Below, in pieces: positions 16,226-24,832 of a stretch of 64,000 bases of DNA. Numbering within the stretch: position 1 is the stretch's first letter; each line of letters begins with the position of its first letter. The stretch is from a virus: IMG/VR virus record IMGVR_UViG_3300045988_056849; one strand, 5' to 3'. The translations under genes and the position numbers were made by a program. Under the pieces are notes generated by a model that was not told where the DNA came from, made no database searches, and saw nothing but the letters and a program-made list of their open reading frames with translations.

Positions 16226-17944
16226 ATGATAGCAACAGTACCAGACATAATTGCGAAAGCTCCTGTGACCTTGTTACAGTCTCCAATGCATCAATTGGAA
16301 TGTCTCAATATAGTAGATGAGATAATTGACGGCATGGACGACAAGGGAATATTGGAGCTCATGCAAGGTTCAGGAGGAGACTTGGATTGGGTATTAGATA
16401 ACTTGATGAAAGATACTTATCAGGTTATGTACACGGGTGACCCAAACATTGACTTCGCTCCGAAATATACAGATAGACTTTCACAGTCTATCGAAGAAAC
16501 ATTGCGGACACGCAACCTTACTTACTTTATTACTTCGGTAATGCCCGACTTTCAATTGTCTTGGCATCATTTGGAATGGGGAGACTTGGTACACCGATAC
16601 AATAAATTATGTATCAACGCTGCCCGTGACCATGGTAAGTCGTATTATTTCTCAAATGCCTATTGTGCTTGGAAGCTCTATTCCTACGCAAAGCCTAAAT
16701 CAAGTGTATTCTCTGCCCGACCTACGAAGAGCAATTCCAATCGTGGGTATTTGTTTAGCTTCTCACTCCAGCAGTCCGTTGACCTTATGGAGATTTTGAA
16801 AGGAACGATTGAGAGCAACGACATTCTCAAAGACAGATTGTATCCTGATTCAAGAAATAGCGGAGCGTGGGCGAGTACGAACATAGTATGTAGGAACGGA
16901 GCGAGGTTGACGTGTAAGGGATTTGGGTCATCAGTACGTGGTGCTCACCCATACTGGATAGTAGTAGATGATGGACTGAAAGATAACGTCATATACAGTG
17001 CCCTACAAAGGCAGAAAAGTATAGACTATTTCCACGCTGTTATTATGAACATGCTCGTGCCAGGAGGACAAATCATTGTCGTTGGTACTCCGTTCCACGC
17101 TTCGGATTTATACGGAGACTTGAGAAGCAAGAGCATATTTGCTACACATAATAAGAAGGGTTGGTTTGTAATTGAATATCCTGCTATCTTCCCTGACGGA
17201 CGTATATTGTGGCCACAGCGTTGGAGCTTCTTCGATTTGATGGACAAGAAAGCAACGCAAGGTAACATCATCTTCAGTCGTGAGAACTTATGCCGACCTA
17301 TTACCAATGAGGCTTCTATATTCCCATTGAAAGTTTTGGAACGCTCTTTGGTACGTATGGAGAACTACACGTTGGTACGCAATCGGGATGACTTCCCAAT
17401 CAAGTTTAACAAAGTTGTTACAGGCTGTGACTTCGCAATATCTGCTAACGTAGGAAGCGACTACACCGTGTTCACGACTTGGGGAGTAGATGACGAAACA
17501 GGAGAGCGTTGGTTGCTAAACTTTTACCGAGATAAGGGCAAGACCTTCCACGAACAGATGCAAATATTGAAGGGAATCAACGCAAGATTCAGACCTGATA
17601 GCATGGTGATGGAGCAAAACACATTCCAACAGATATTCGTTCAGGAAAGCGATAAACAGGGGTTGCCAGTTATAGGACATACCACTGGAATAGATAAGTA
17701 CGACTTGAAAACAGGCTGGCCAGGATTGGCTATTGATTTTGAGAGAGGTAAGATACATATACCAACTGGAGATAAGTATTCACAAGATGTAAAAGATTTG
17801 ATTTTCTCTGACCTTGGTTCGGTAGCCTTTACGGATAAAGGACTTGAGTCAGTAGGAGAACATGACGACATCTCATCCAGCTTCTGGCTTGCTAAGTTAG
17901 GTGCTAATCTTATCACGACTGGTTTCAAATATACTTTCCTTTAA
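16226..17944 (+). CDS. terL: terminase large subunit
   Basis: ATPase motifs ARDHGKSYYFS and YWIVVDDG, coupling motif VVGTPFHASDLY, and an RNase H-like nuclease motif GCDFAIS..GSDYTVFTTWG. Confidence 0.85.
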   Translation: MIATVPDIIAKAPVTLLQSPMHQLECLNIVDEIIDGMDDKGILELMQGSGGDLDWVLDNLMKDTYQVMYTGDPNIDFAPKYTDRLSQSIEETLRTRNLTYFITSVMPDFQLSWHHLEWGDLVHRYNKLCINAARDHGKSYYFSNAYCAWKLYSYAKPKSSVFSARPTKSNSNRGYLFSFSLQQSVDLMEILKGTIESNDILKDRLYPDSRNSGAWASTNIVCRNGARLTCKGFGSSVRGAHPYWIVVDDGLKDNVIYSALQRQKSIDYFHAVIMNMLVPGGQIIVVGTPFHASDLYGDLRSKSIFATHNKKGWFVIEYPAIFPDGRILWPQRWSFFDLMDKKATQGNIIFSRENLCRPITNEASIFPLKVLERSLVRMENYTLVRNRDDFPIKFNKVVTGCDFAISANVGSDYTVFTTWGVDDETGERWLLNFYRDKGKTFHEQMQILKGINARFRPDSMVMEQNTFQQIFVQESDKQGLPVIGHTTGIDKYDLKTGWPGLAIDFERGKIHIPTGDKYSQDVKDLIFSDLGSVAFTDKGLESVGEHDDISSSFWLAKLGANLITTGFKYTFL

Positions 17945-17989
17945 TCAGCGTTTTATAAGGAGAAACTGTTCAATTTAATAACAATAAAT

Positions 17990-18439
17990 ATGAAACAAAG
18001 AAAAGTAAACATTATCATCAAAGGCTACGGCAAAAAGCCTTTGTATGCGACTTCACATTCAGCAGGAGCTGACTTATATTCAGCCAACGCTTCGGATATT
18101 GTTCTTCAGCCGATGGAACGCAAAATCATTCCCACGGGTTTGTTTTTGGAACTTCCTATTGACGCTGAAGCTCAAATAAGACCGAGAAGCGGATTGAGCG
18201 CAAAGAAAGGAATTGTAGCAATTCTTGGAACCATTGATGCCGATTATCAAGGAGAAGTTGGTATCATAGTAATTAATCTAAGCGATGAAGCGTTTGTAAT
18301 CGAAAGAGGAGAACGACTTGCTCAGATGGTTCTGAATGGAGAAGGAGGATTGTTCCAAGGAGACTGGGTTGAGGTTGAAGAGTTTTCCAGAGAGAGCGAA
18401 CGAGGAGCAGGTGGATTTGGACATACAGGTACAAAGTAA
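17990..18439 (+). CDS. dut: dUTP diphosphatase
   Basis: Trimeric dUTPase motifs SAGADL, RPRSGL, GTIDADYQGEVGIIVIN, ERGERLAQMV and RGAGGFGHTG. Confidence 0.92.
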   Translation: MKQRKVNIIIKGYGKKPLYATSHSAGADLYSANASDIVLQPMERKIIPTGLFLELPIDAEAQIRPRSGLSAKKGIVAILGTIDADYQGEVGIIVINLSDEAFVIERGERLAQMVLNGEGGLFQGDWVEVEEFSRESERGAGGFGHTGTK

Positions 18440-18681
18440 TGAACCAGTTCAGACAGTTCACTAACGGCAAAGGTTTGTTTATCGGGGTTGACTTTGGCTT
18501 TGGTAACGACTTTGCCGTTGAAACTCAAATACAGAAGCAGCCTGACGGGAGCTTGAAAATACTTTCGAGCAATATCATTGGACGTGCCAAAGATTACAAG
18601 AACGAAGAAAAGAGAGAACAAATTTGTAAGGAATATGAGAGATTATGCAATCAAGAAACCGTTGAGCAAAAATCAACTTGA
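18439..18681 (+). CDS. hypothetical small protein
   Basis: TAATG overlap with dut. 80 aa. Confidence 0.4.
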   Translation: MNQFRQFTNGKGLFIGVDFGFGNDFAVETQIQKQPDGSLKILSSNIIGRAKDYKNEEKREQICKEYERLCNQETVEQKST

Positions 18682-19198
18682 CGATTTGACTAATGGGCTT
18701 GTTAATGCTATGCGTTATTCCGACCCAAATGTTGAATACCCAAGTTACGATAAGGCGAAACAAGATGATGGGGTAATGGCTGAATGGTTTTATCCCATTT
18801 TCAATGGTACCAATGACTTCTCCGAGCTTACAGCCATTCATATGTACACTACTCAGGAAGCTACGTTTGAGAACGTAGGTGAGCTGCTATTGGGCATTGC
18901 TTTGACTGAGATGAAACACTACGATAAGCTGTCAGACTTTATCCGAAAGATAGGAGGAAAGATTGACCAGAGATATAACAACTCAGGCGTTACCGTAGGA
19001 AAGACCGCAGAAGAAGCGATTGAAATAGCAATCGGTGCGGAGGAGAAAACAATTGACTTCTATGAGAACTTGCAAAAGAAGCTCTTGAAGTTACAAGAAA
19101 CGGAGACAATCAAGATAGCTCTTCAACTGCTTGCTAAATTAGTAGCGGATGAGGTAGTTCATCTGAAACTATTAAAAGAACAATTAAAGAATGATTAA
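18635..19198 (+). CDS. ferritin-like di-iron protein (bacterioferritin/CotJC-like)
   Basis: ELTAIHMYTTQ, ALTEMKHYD (ExxH), GAEEKTIDFY and ADEVVHLK (ExxH). Start is uncertain: the ORF is open from 18578 and ATG 18635 was chosen. Confidence 0.6.
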   Translation: MRDYAIKKPLSKNQLDDLTNGLVNAMRYSDPNVEYPSYDKAKQDDGVMAEWFYPIFNGTNDFSELTAIHMYTTQEATFENVGELLLGIALTEMKHYDKLSDFIRKIGGKIDQRYNNSGVTVGKTAEEAIEIAIGAEEKTIDFYENLQKKLLKLQETETIKIALQLLAKLVADEVVHLKLLKEQLKND

Positions 19199-21128
19199 CA
19201 AAATGAAATGTAACGGTATTGATTTGTTAGCAGACTATGTGTTCTTGTCTAAATACTCTCAAAGACGAGAGGATGGACGACTTGAACACTGGGATGAAAC
19301 TATTGACCGTATCTACGAGATGCACAAGGTCAAGTTGAAACAGTTAGGTCTGCTTGGTGAAGAAACGGTTGCTATGATAGAAGAAGCAATGCGTTTGGAA
19401 GTTGATAAGAAAATCTTGTCTTCCCAGCGTGGGCGTCAGTTCGCTTCTCCTTCGGTAACGAGTGGAATATTGAAGCATGAAGCCAAGTTATACAATTGCT
19501 GTTCTACCTACGTTGACCGTGTAGAAGTATTCAGCGAAATCATGTATTTGCTTCTTTGTGGTTGCGGCGTTGGTTATTCCTTACATAAGGAGTACATTGA
19601 CAAGCTACCAATAGTCAAGCCGTATAACGGAGACCAAAGACCTCAATTTTTTGTTGAAGATAGTATCGAAGGATGGGCTGATTCAATCCGAGAGCTTATG
19701 ACGGCTCTATTTGAAGGCAAGTCCGCTGATATAGTCTTTGACGCTATCCGACCAGAAGGAGCGTTGATTGACGGTAAGTTCCTTGCACCTGGCCCAGAGC
19801 CGTTAATAAAAGCCCATAATCATATCAAAGAAGTCATGAAAGTCGCTCAAGGCAGAAAGCTCACGAGTATCGAAGTTCATGACATTATTTGTTATATAGC
19901 CGACAGTGTTGTGAGCGGAGGGGTGAGACGTTCTGCTATGATAGCCTTGTTCGACAAAGACGATGAGTTGATGCTCCGAGCTAAGACAGGAAGCTGGTGG
20001 ACGGACAATCCTCAAAGAGCTATGGCAAATAATAGTATTCTTGCTACTCTATCTGACCCACTGGGTTACGAGGAAATGAAAGACAAGTTACAAGTTATCC
20101 GTCAGTTTGGAGAGCCAGGTTTTGTAAACGTAAAGAGTTTCAAATATACAGTCAACCCTTGCGGTGAGATTGTAATGGAGCCTGCTATCAACGGCAAGTC
20201 TGGATTTGCGTTCTGCAATCTTGTAGAGATAAATGCCGAGCGAGTTAAAACCAAAGAGGAGTTCTTGGAAGCGTGTCGTGTAGCTTCGTTCGTAGCAACC
20301 GTTCAGGCTCTTTATACTGACTTCAAATATCTGTCTCCTGCTTCACGGGAAATAGCCGAGCGTGATAGAGCTATCGGAGTGAGCATAACAGGCATATATG
20401 CCAATCCTATCCTTCGGGGTGAGGTATTAAGAGAAGGTGCGAAGGTAGTTTCAGAAACCAATGCGGAATGGGCAGCAATATTCGGTATAAATAAGAGCCG
20501 TACTTGTACGACAATTAAACCGAGCGGCAATGCTTCTTCTATTCTTGGTTTGTATTGTAGTGGCATTCATCCAGCTCATGCTGAAAAATATCTGCGTAGA
20601 GTTCGCATCAAAACTTATAGCCCAGAGTTCCTTGCTTTGAAAGATACTCCGTTGGTAAAAGTTCTACGAGGGGATGAGGCTGTGATAAGTTTCCCAATTG
20701 AGTCTGATGACCCGAATATGATATTCAAAGACGAGGTATCATCCGTTGAGCATCTCAAGTTTATCGGTATGGTAAAACATTATTGGATAAACAAAGGAAG
20801 CGTTAATACCAAAGCCGTTGCTAACAATATATCCGCAACCGTTGAGGTGAAAGATGATGAGTGGGACGAAGTAGCAGCTGTTCTGTTTACCAACGATTAT
20901 CTATTCACTGGCGTGAGCTTGTTACCGAAGATGGGCGACCAAATTTATGACAACGCTCCATTCCAACGTTTATCTTCCTCAGAAGTCGAAAGTGAGTACA
21001 ATGCTATCAAAGAGTATCTTGATACCCACGAAGTAGATTTCAACGAGATAATGAGCGACCGTGAGAACTTCTATTCAGGCGACATGGTAGCCGTAGGATG
21101 TTCGGGAGGAGCCTGTGAATTGAAATAG
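19191..21128 (+). CDS. ribonucleotide reductase catalytic subunit (no ATP-cone; class II suspected, class unresolved)
   Basis: Active-site NPCGEI and a C-terminal redox pair GCSGGACELK. 645 aa. No NrdB-sized partner in the window. Confidence 0.85.
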   Translation: MINKMKCNGIDLLADYVFLSKYSQRREDGRLEHWDETIDRIYEMHKVKLKQLGLLGEETVAMIEEAMRLEVDKKILSSQRGRQFASPSVTSGILKHEAKLYNCCSTYVDRVEVFSEIMYLLLCGCGVGYSLHKEYIDKLPIVKPYNGDQRPQFFVEDSIEGWADSIRELMTALFEGKSADIVFDAIRPEGALIDGKFLAPGPEPLIKAHNHIKEVMKVAQGRKLTSIEVHDIICYIADSVVSGGVRRSAMIALFDKDDELMLRAKTGSWWTDNPQRAMANNSILATLSDPLGYEEMKDKLQVIRQFGEPGFVNVKSFKYTVNPCGEIVMEPAINGKSGFAFCNLVEINAERVKTKEEFLEACRVASFVATVQALYTDFKYLSPASREIAERDRAIGVSITGIYANPILRGEVLREGAKVVSETNAEWAAIFGINKSRTCTTIKPSGNASSILGLYCSGIHPAHAEKYLRRVRIKTYSPEFLALKDTPLVKVLRGDEAVISFPIESDDPNMIFKDEVSSVEHLKFIGMVKHYWINKGSVNTKAVANNISATVEVKDDEWDEVAAVLFTNDYLFTGVSLLPKMGDQIYDNAPFQRLSSSEVESEYNAIKEYLDTHEVDFNEIMSDRENFYSGDMVAVGCSGGACELK

Positions 21129-21130
21129 AT

Positions 21131-21427
21131 ATGAAGATTGAAAGTTTTATATTAAGTATTCTCAAGAAGATTGAAGAGTCATGGCCAGGAGTTATTTGCT
21201 ATGCTTATAAAACTGGTAACGCTCCGATGACCTACGTTTGGTGGGAAGTCTCCGTTTCAGATTTTGATTTGTATATGCACGATAAGCGTTTCAAAACTCT
21301 TACCAACGCTTGGCATAAAGCAGCGAAAGCTCAAGGGCATAAGATAATCTTTGTTTGTGGTTGGAAGCCTACGGAGGAGAAACTTGTCAAACTGATGGAA
21401 GAGGATAATTTGATATTGAACGTGTAA
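21131..21427 (+). CDS. hypothetical protein
   Basis: ATG 2 nt after the RNR stop. Confidence 0.5.
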   Translation: MKIESFILSILKKIEESWPGVICYAYKTGNAPMTYVWWEVSVSDFDLYMHDKRFKTLTNAWHKAAKAQGHKIIFVCGWKPTEEKLVKLMEEDNLILNV

Positions 21428-21455
21428 TTTAATTGTCTCATTTAAGTATGATTTG

Positions 21456-21490
21456 AGAGGAGCTACTTGTGAAAGTCGCTCCTTTCTTTT
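21456..21490 (+). terminator. rho-independent terminator
   Basis: AGGAGC (21458-21463) pairs with GCTCCT (21478-21483), followed by TTCTTTTT. Confidence 0.65.
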
Positions 21491-21498
21491 TAACAAAA

Positions 21499-21552
21499 GT
21501 TAAATTTAGCAAAGTTTCTTATAAAAAGTTTTGCGGTTATAAAATAACTTCG
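21499..21552 (+). promoter_or_regulatory. early-type promoter cassette copy D (shortened variant)
   Basis: AAAAGTTAAAT block, TTTG at 21530-21533, then TAACTTCG at 21545-21552. The spacer is only 11 nt, against 19 nt in copies A-C. Confidence 0.45.
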
Positions 21553-21578
21553 TACCAGATAATCAATATAACAAAGTC

Positions 21579-23060
21579 ATGGGAGCATTTATACCAAGTA
21601 AATATCAAAGAGCCGTTTACATCTATATTGAGAAGGGTAAAGGCAATGCGGTTATAGACGCAGTAGCAGGTTCAGGAAAATCTACAACGATTGTGAATGC
21701 GTTGAAACTTATTCCGAAGAACAAGCGAGTATTGTTTTTGGCGTTCAACAAGGCAATCGTAGAGGAACTGAAAATCAAAGTAGGTAATCTCAACAATGTA
21801 GATATTAAAACGCTACATAGTTTGGGAGCTTCGGCAACTATGCGAGCTTTGAACTCTCAGCTTCAGGTTGATAAATATACGGCTTGGGTTAATAATGGTA
21901 TCAAATACTCTTCCCTTTCTCCGAAGTCAGACTTGTTACCTGAACAGATGTCAACTTGGAAAGGCAATATCTTGAAGCTCATTGACCTTGGTAGAGTAAA
22001 CTTGGTTAAGTCCGAGAAGGAATTGGAAGAGCTTGCTTGGAAACATAATATTGATTTGGAAGATAACGAGGTTGATATTGCTATTAAGGGTATCAATTGG
22101 GGCGAAAGGGAAACGCAAGTCATAGACTTCACAGACATGATATACTTCCCGAACGTCAAACAGATAAAGATGTTCCAATACGATTGGGTATTCATAGACG
22201 AGTGTCAGGACTTGAACGCTGCCCAAAGAAACTTGTTCTTGAAATGCTTGAAACCTAATGGTAGATTTGTAGCTGTTGGAGACCCACGTCAGGCAATCTA
22301 TGGTTTTGCTGGAGCGGACGTTGAAAGTTTCAACCTTTTGAAGAGACTTCCGCACACCGTGAAACTTCCTTTATCCGTATGTTACCGTTGCGATGGAGAT
22401 ATAATCGGAATGGCCAAAGAGATAGTGCCTCAGATAGAAGCAAGAGCAGGTGCGCCAGCAGGTGTAGTTAGTCGGGAGAGCGTTATGGCGGATGTTAAGG
22501 ATGGTGATATGATACTTTGTAGGGTTTCAGCTCCGTTGGTTAAATTGTGTATGCAATATATCGGGAGAGGGGTGAAAGCGTATGTGAAAGGAAGGGATAT
22601 TGGAACCAATCTTATTAACATGATAAAGAAAACCAATCGCAAGCAGATTAAGGACGTAATGGAGAGACTTGAAAGGGAATTATCACGGATAATCGGAAAG
22701 GTGGTAGCAAAGCAGGGATGCACCGAAGCTGAAGCGAAGGAACATGAAATGTATAAGAACTACGAGGACAAGTTGAGAGCAATCGAAGTTCTTTCAGAAG
22801 GGTTGGCAACTTCCCAAGAAGTGATTGACCGCATAGACATGATTTTCTCCGATGATAACAAGAACGGTATTTGTTTGAGTACGATACACAAGTCAAAAGG
22901 TTTAGAGAGCGACCGAGTATTCATCATATGTGAAGATAAGCTCTATTTGAAATATTGTATGACCGTTCCGTGGATGGCGGAACAAGAACGCAACCTTGTC
23001 TATGTTGCGATAACAAGAGCCAAGCACTTTTTAGGATATATTCAAGACTTTGTAGCATAA
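21579..23060 (+). CDS. UvrD/Rep-like SF1 DNA helicase
   Basis: Walker A AGSGKST, FIDECQDLN, VGDPRQAIYGFAGA, STIHKSKGLESDRVFI and YVAITRAK. Confidence 0.88.
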   Translation: MGAFIPSKYQRAVYIYIEKGKGNAVIDAVAGSGKSTTIVNALKLIPKNKRVLFLAFNKAIVEELKIKVGNLNNVDIKTLHSLGASATMRALNSQLQVDKYTAWVNNGIKYSSLSPKSDLLPEQMSTWKGNILKLIDLGRVNLVKSEKELEELAWKHNIDLEDNEVDIAIKGINWGERETQVIDFTDMIYFPNVKQIKMFQYDWVFIDECQDLNAAQRNLFLKCLKPNGRFVAVGDPRQAIYGFAGADVESFNLLKRLPHTVKLPLSVCYRCDGDIIGMAKEIVPQIEARAGAPAGVVSRESVMADVKDGDMILCRVSAPLVKLCMQYIGRGVKAYVKGRDIGTNLINMIKKTNRKQIKDVMERLERELSRIIGKVVAKQGCTEAEAKEHEMYKNYEDKLRAIEVLSEGLATSQEVIDRIDMIFSDDNKNGICLSTIHKSKGLESDRVFIICEDKLYLKYCMTVPWMAEQERNLVYVAITRAKHFLGYIQDFVA

Positions 23061-23135
23061 AAGTTAAATATTGCCCAAAAATAGAAAAAAGTTTGGAAAT
23101 TATTTTTGCCGTTTGAAAAATACTCCGTACCTTCG
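23057..23135 (+). promoter_or_regulatory. early-type promoter cassette copy B
   Basis: The 24-mer is identical to 6917-6940 and overlaps the helicase stop codon. TTTG at 23105-23108, N19, TACCTTCG at 23128-23135. Confidence 0.65.
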
Positions 23136-23186
23136 TAGTGTAATTGTAAATAAAGATTGTAAATCAAACAGTAAATTTCAAAGAAT

Positions 23187-23968
23187 ATGGAAGCAACAAA
23201 TCAGAATTTAGACAGCGTATTAAAGAAGCTGAGAAAGTTACAAAACCTTTACGAAGGTGCAAAGAAAATCAACTCTGAAGGAGAAGCGAACGCAGCTGCT
23301 GCGGCTATACAAAGACTTCTTACCCAGTACAACTTGTCTATGGATGAGATTGGAACGGACGAGGAGAAAGCAAAAGATACTGTGTTTGAAGAGAAAGTGG
23401 ACGGATTCACCTACAAGAGAGTATCGGAGGAGAATGGGAGTTCCGTTTGTTATACGTTCTTTGTAAATGGAATTTCTGCAAATGTTTTCAAGTAGGAAGC
23501 ACTTACAGAAGATTGATGATTTTCGGTAAGAAAGAAAACATTGAGACCGTTAAGTGGTTGCGTGGAATGCTTGCTGAACGTTTCGTAGCGTTCTCCAAAA
23601 ATCGTTTCAAGGAGTACAAGAAAACCATGGAGTATGCTATGAAGCCTATCAGTATGGATAAGTATCAGAGAAGTTACTTGATGGGCTGTGCAGCTGGGCT
23701 GGATGCTAAGCTGAAAGAGGAGAGTGACCGAGAAAAAGCAAAGAATGCCGAATATGGAGCAAAAGTTACAGCTTTGGTAGTTCGCAATGATACAGCCGTT
23801 ACCGAGTATATTGAAAACAAGTACAAGGTTGGTAGAGGAAGAGCGAGAAAAGAGAATTTTGATTCAGCCAGAGCCTACGGATATAAGGATGGCAAGAACA
23901 CGGAGCTTCACAAGCAAGTAAGTGCGGGAGCGAAGAGTCAAGCCGATGGAGTGAAATTGCTTAAATAA
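23187..23968 (+). pseudogene. DUF2786-like gene split by a -1 frame change (23187..23495 and 23402..23968)
   Basis: The N-terminal piece has the DUF2786-like helix LRKLQNLYEGAKK..EGEANAAAAAIQRLLTQYNL. The second frame is open from 23402 and reads IGGEWEFRLLYVLCKWNFCKCF... as a natural continuation. No X XXY YYZ slippery site is present. Confidence 0.5.
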
Positions 23969-23990
23969 ACCATATGACTTTGATTGTGAT

Positions 23991-24030
23991 TATGGGGGTT
24001 GTCCTTCGGGATGGCTCCCATAGTTATTTT
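23991..24030 (+). terminator. rho-independent terminator (TTCG tetraloop)
   Basis: TATGGGGGTTGTCC-TTCG-GGATGGCTCCCATA, a 14-bp stem with G:U pairs, then GTTATTTT. Confidence 0.65.
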
Positions 24031-24067
24031 ACGCAAGTATTAAGTCTTATGAAATAGGTAGTTTAAT

Positions 24068-24832
24068 ATGTCGGGAATAATTTACAAATTCACTATAATG
24101 AGCAGTTTTAGATATTTCGGTCATAAGCCGTTCTATGTAGGACAATTTATGCGGGATGTTTCAAAAGAACAATTTTTGAGAAATGATTGTTTTGTATACG
24201 ATGGTAGCGGTAAGACTTGGGAAAGATTTTGTAAAGGACTCAAAAGAAAGTTTCCAACCTGCTGGCGTAAACTAATCAAACGAGAAGTCTTGTTTTATTC
24301 AGAGAATTGTTCGCAGAAGGCTCTTGATAGAATGGAAGAGTATTTCATCAAACATGAGAAGTCTCATTACTCATACGAGGTAGGCGGTTGCAACATACTA
24401 TGGGGAACTGCTAACAAGTTCGGTTCTGGAAGTCCTATGAAAGACCCAATGATTGCGGCTAAAGTTACTAAGCAATTACGAGGAAGAAGAGGAGCAAAAA
24501 GGTCAGAAGAAGGTAAGCGAAACATGTCTATTGCTGCTAAAAGGTCATGGGAGAATGCAAATAAGCGCAGAAGGTTAATTTCAAAGTCTATGTCTTCATA
24601 TATGCAGAACGGAGGAAAGGAACATTTGTCCAGAGTTAAGAAAGGAAGAAAGTTCAGCGATGAACATAGAAGGAACATTGCTTTGAATCATGCTGATATT
24701 AGCGGTAAAAATCATCCTTGTTACGGTAAGCATTTCAAATGGATAACAAATGGTTTAGTGGAACAAAGATTGGATGAAGGCAAATCAATTCCTGAAGGTT
24801 TTCAATACGGTAGAATTAAATACAAGAAGTAA
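24068..24832 (+). CDS. GIY-YIG homing endonuclease (free-standing)
   Basis: GIIYKFT-x-n-FYVGQ GIY-YIG module. The C-terminal part has repeated NUMOD3-like basic motifs (GRRGAKRSEEGKRNMS, GRKFSDEHRRNIA, GKNHPCYGK). Confidence 0.75.
   Translation: MSGIIYKFTIMSSFRYFGHKPFYVGQFMRDVSKEQFLRNDCFVYDGSGKTWERFCKGLKRKFPTCWRKLIKREVLFYSENCSQKALDRMEEYFIKHEKSHYSYEVGGCNILWGTANKFGSGSPMKDPMIAAKVTKQLRGRRGAKRSEEGKRNMSIAAKRSWENANKRRRLISKSMSSYMQNGGKEHLSRVKKGRKFSDEHRRNIALNHADISGKNHPCYGKHFKWITNGLVEQRLDEGKSIPEGFQYGRIKYKK

Noticed and set aside
18439-18681. Similarity of LFIGVDFGFGNDFAV to the first strands of a terminase/RuvC-type nuclease
   Set aside because: The ORF is only 80 aa and the match is a single short acidic motif. 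This is insufficient for any functional call.
21469-21657. 62-aa ORF spanning the 21.5-kb intergenic region
   Set aside because: It covers a terminator and promoter cassette copy D, and it overlaps the helicase start in another frame.
6917-23135. Repeated intergenic blocks as a CRISPR-like array
   Set aside because: The copies are kilobases apart, each sits upstream of a gene, and they carry promoter-like -33/-7 boxes. There is no regular repeat-spacer periodicity.
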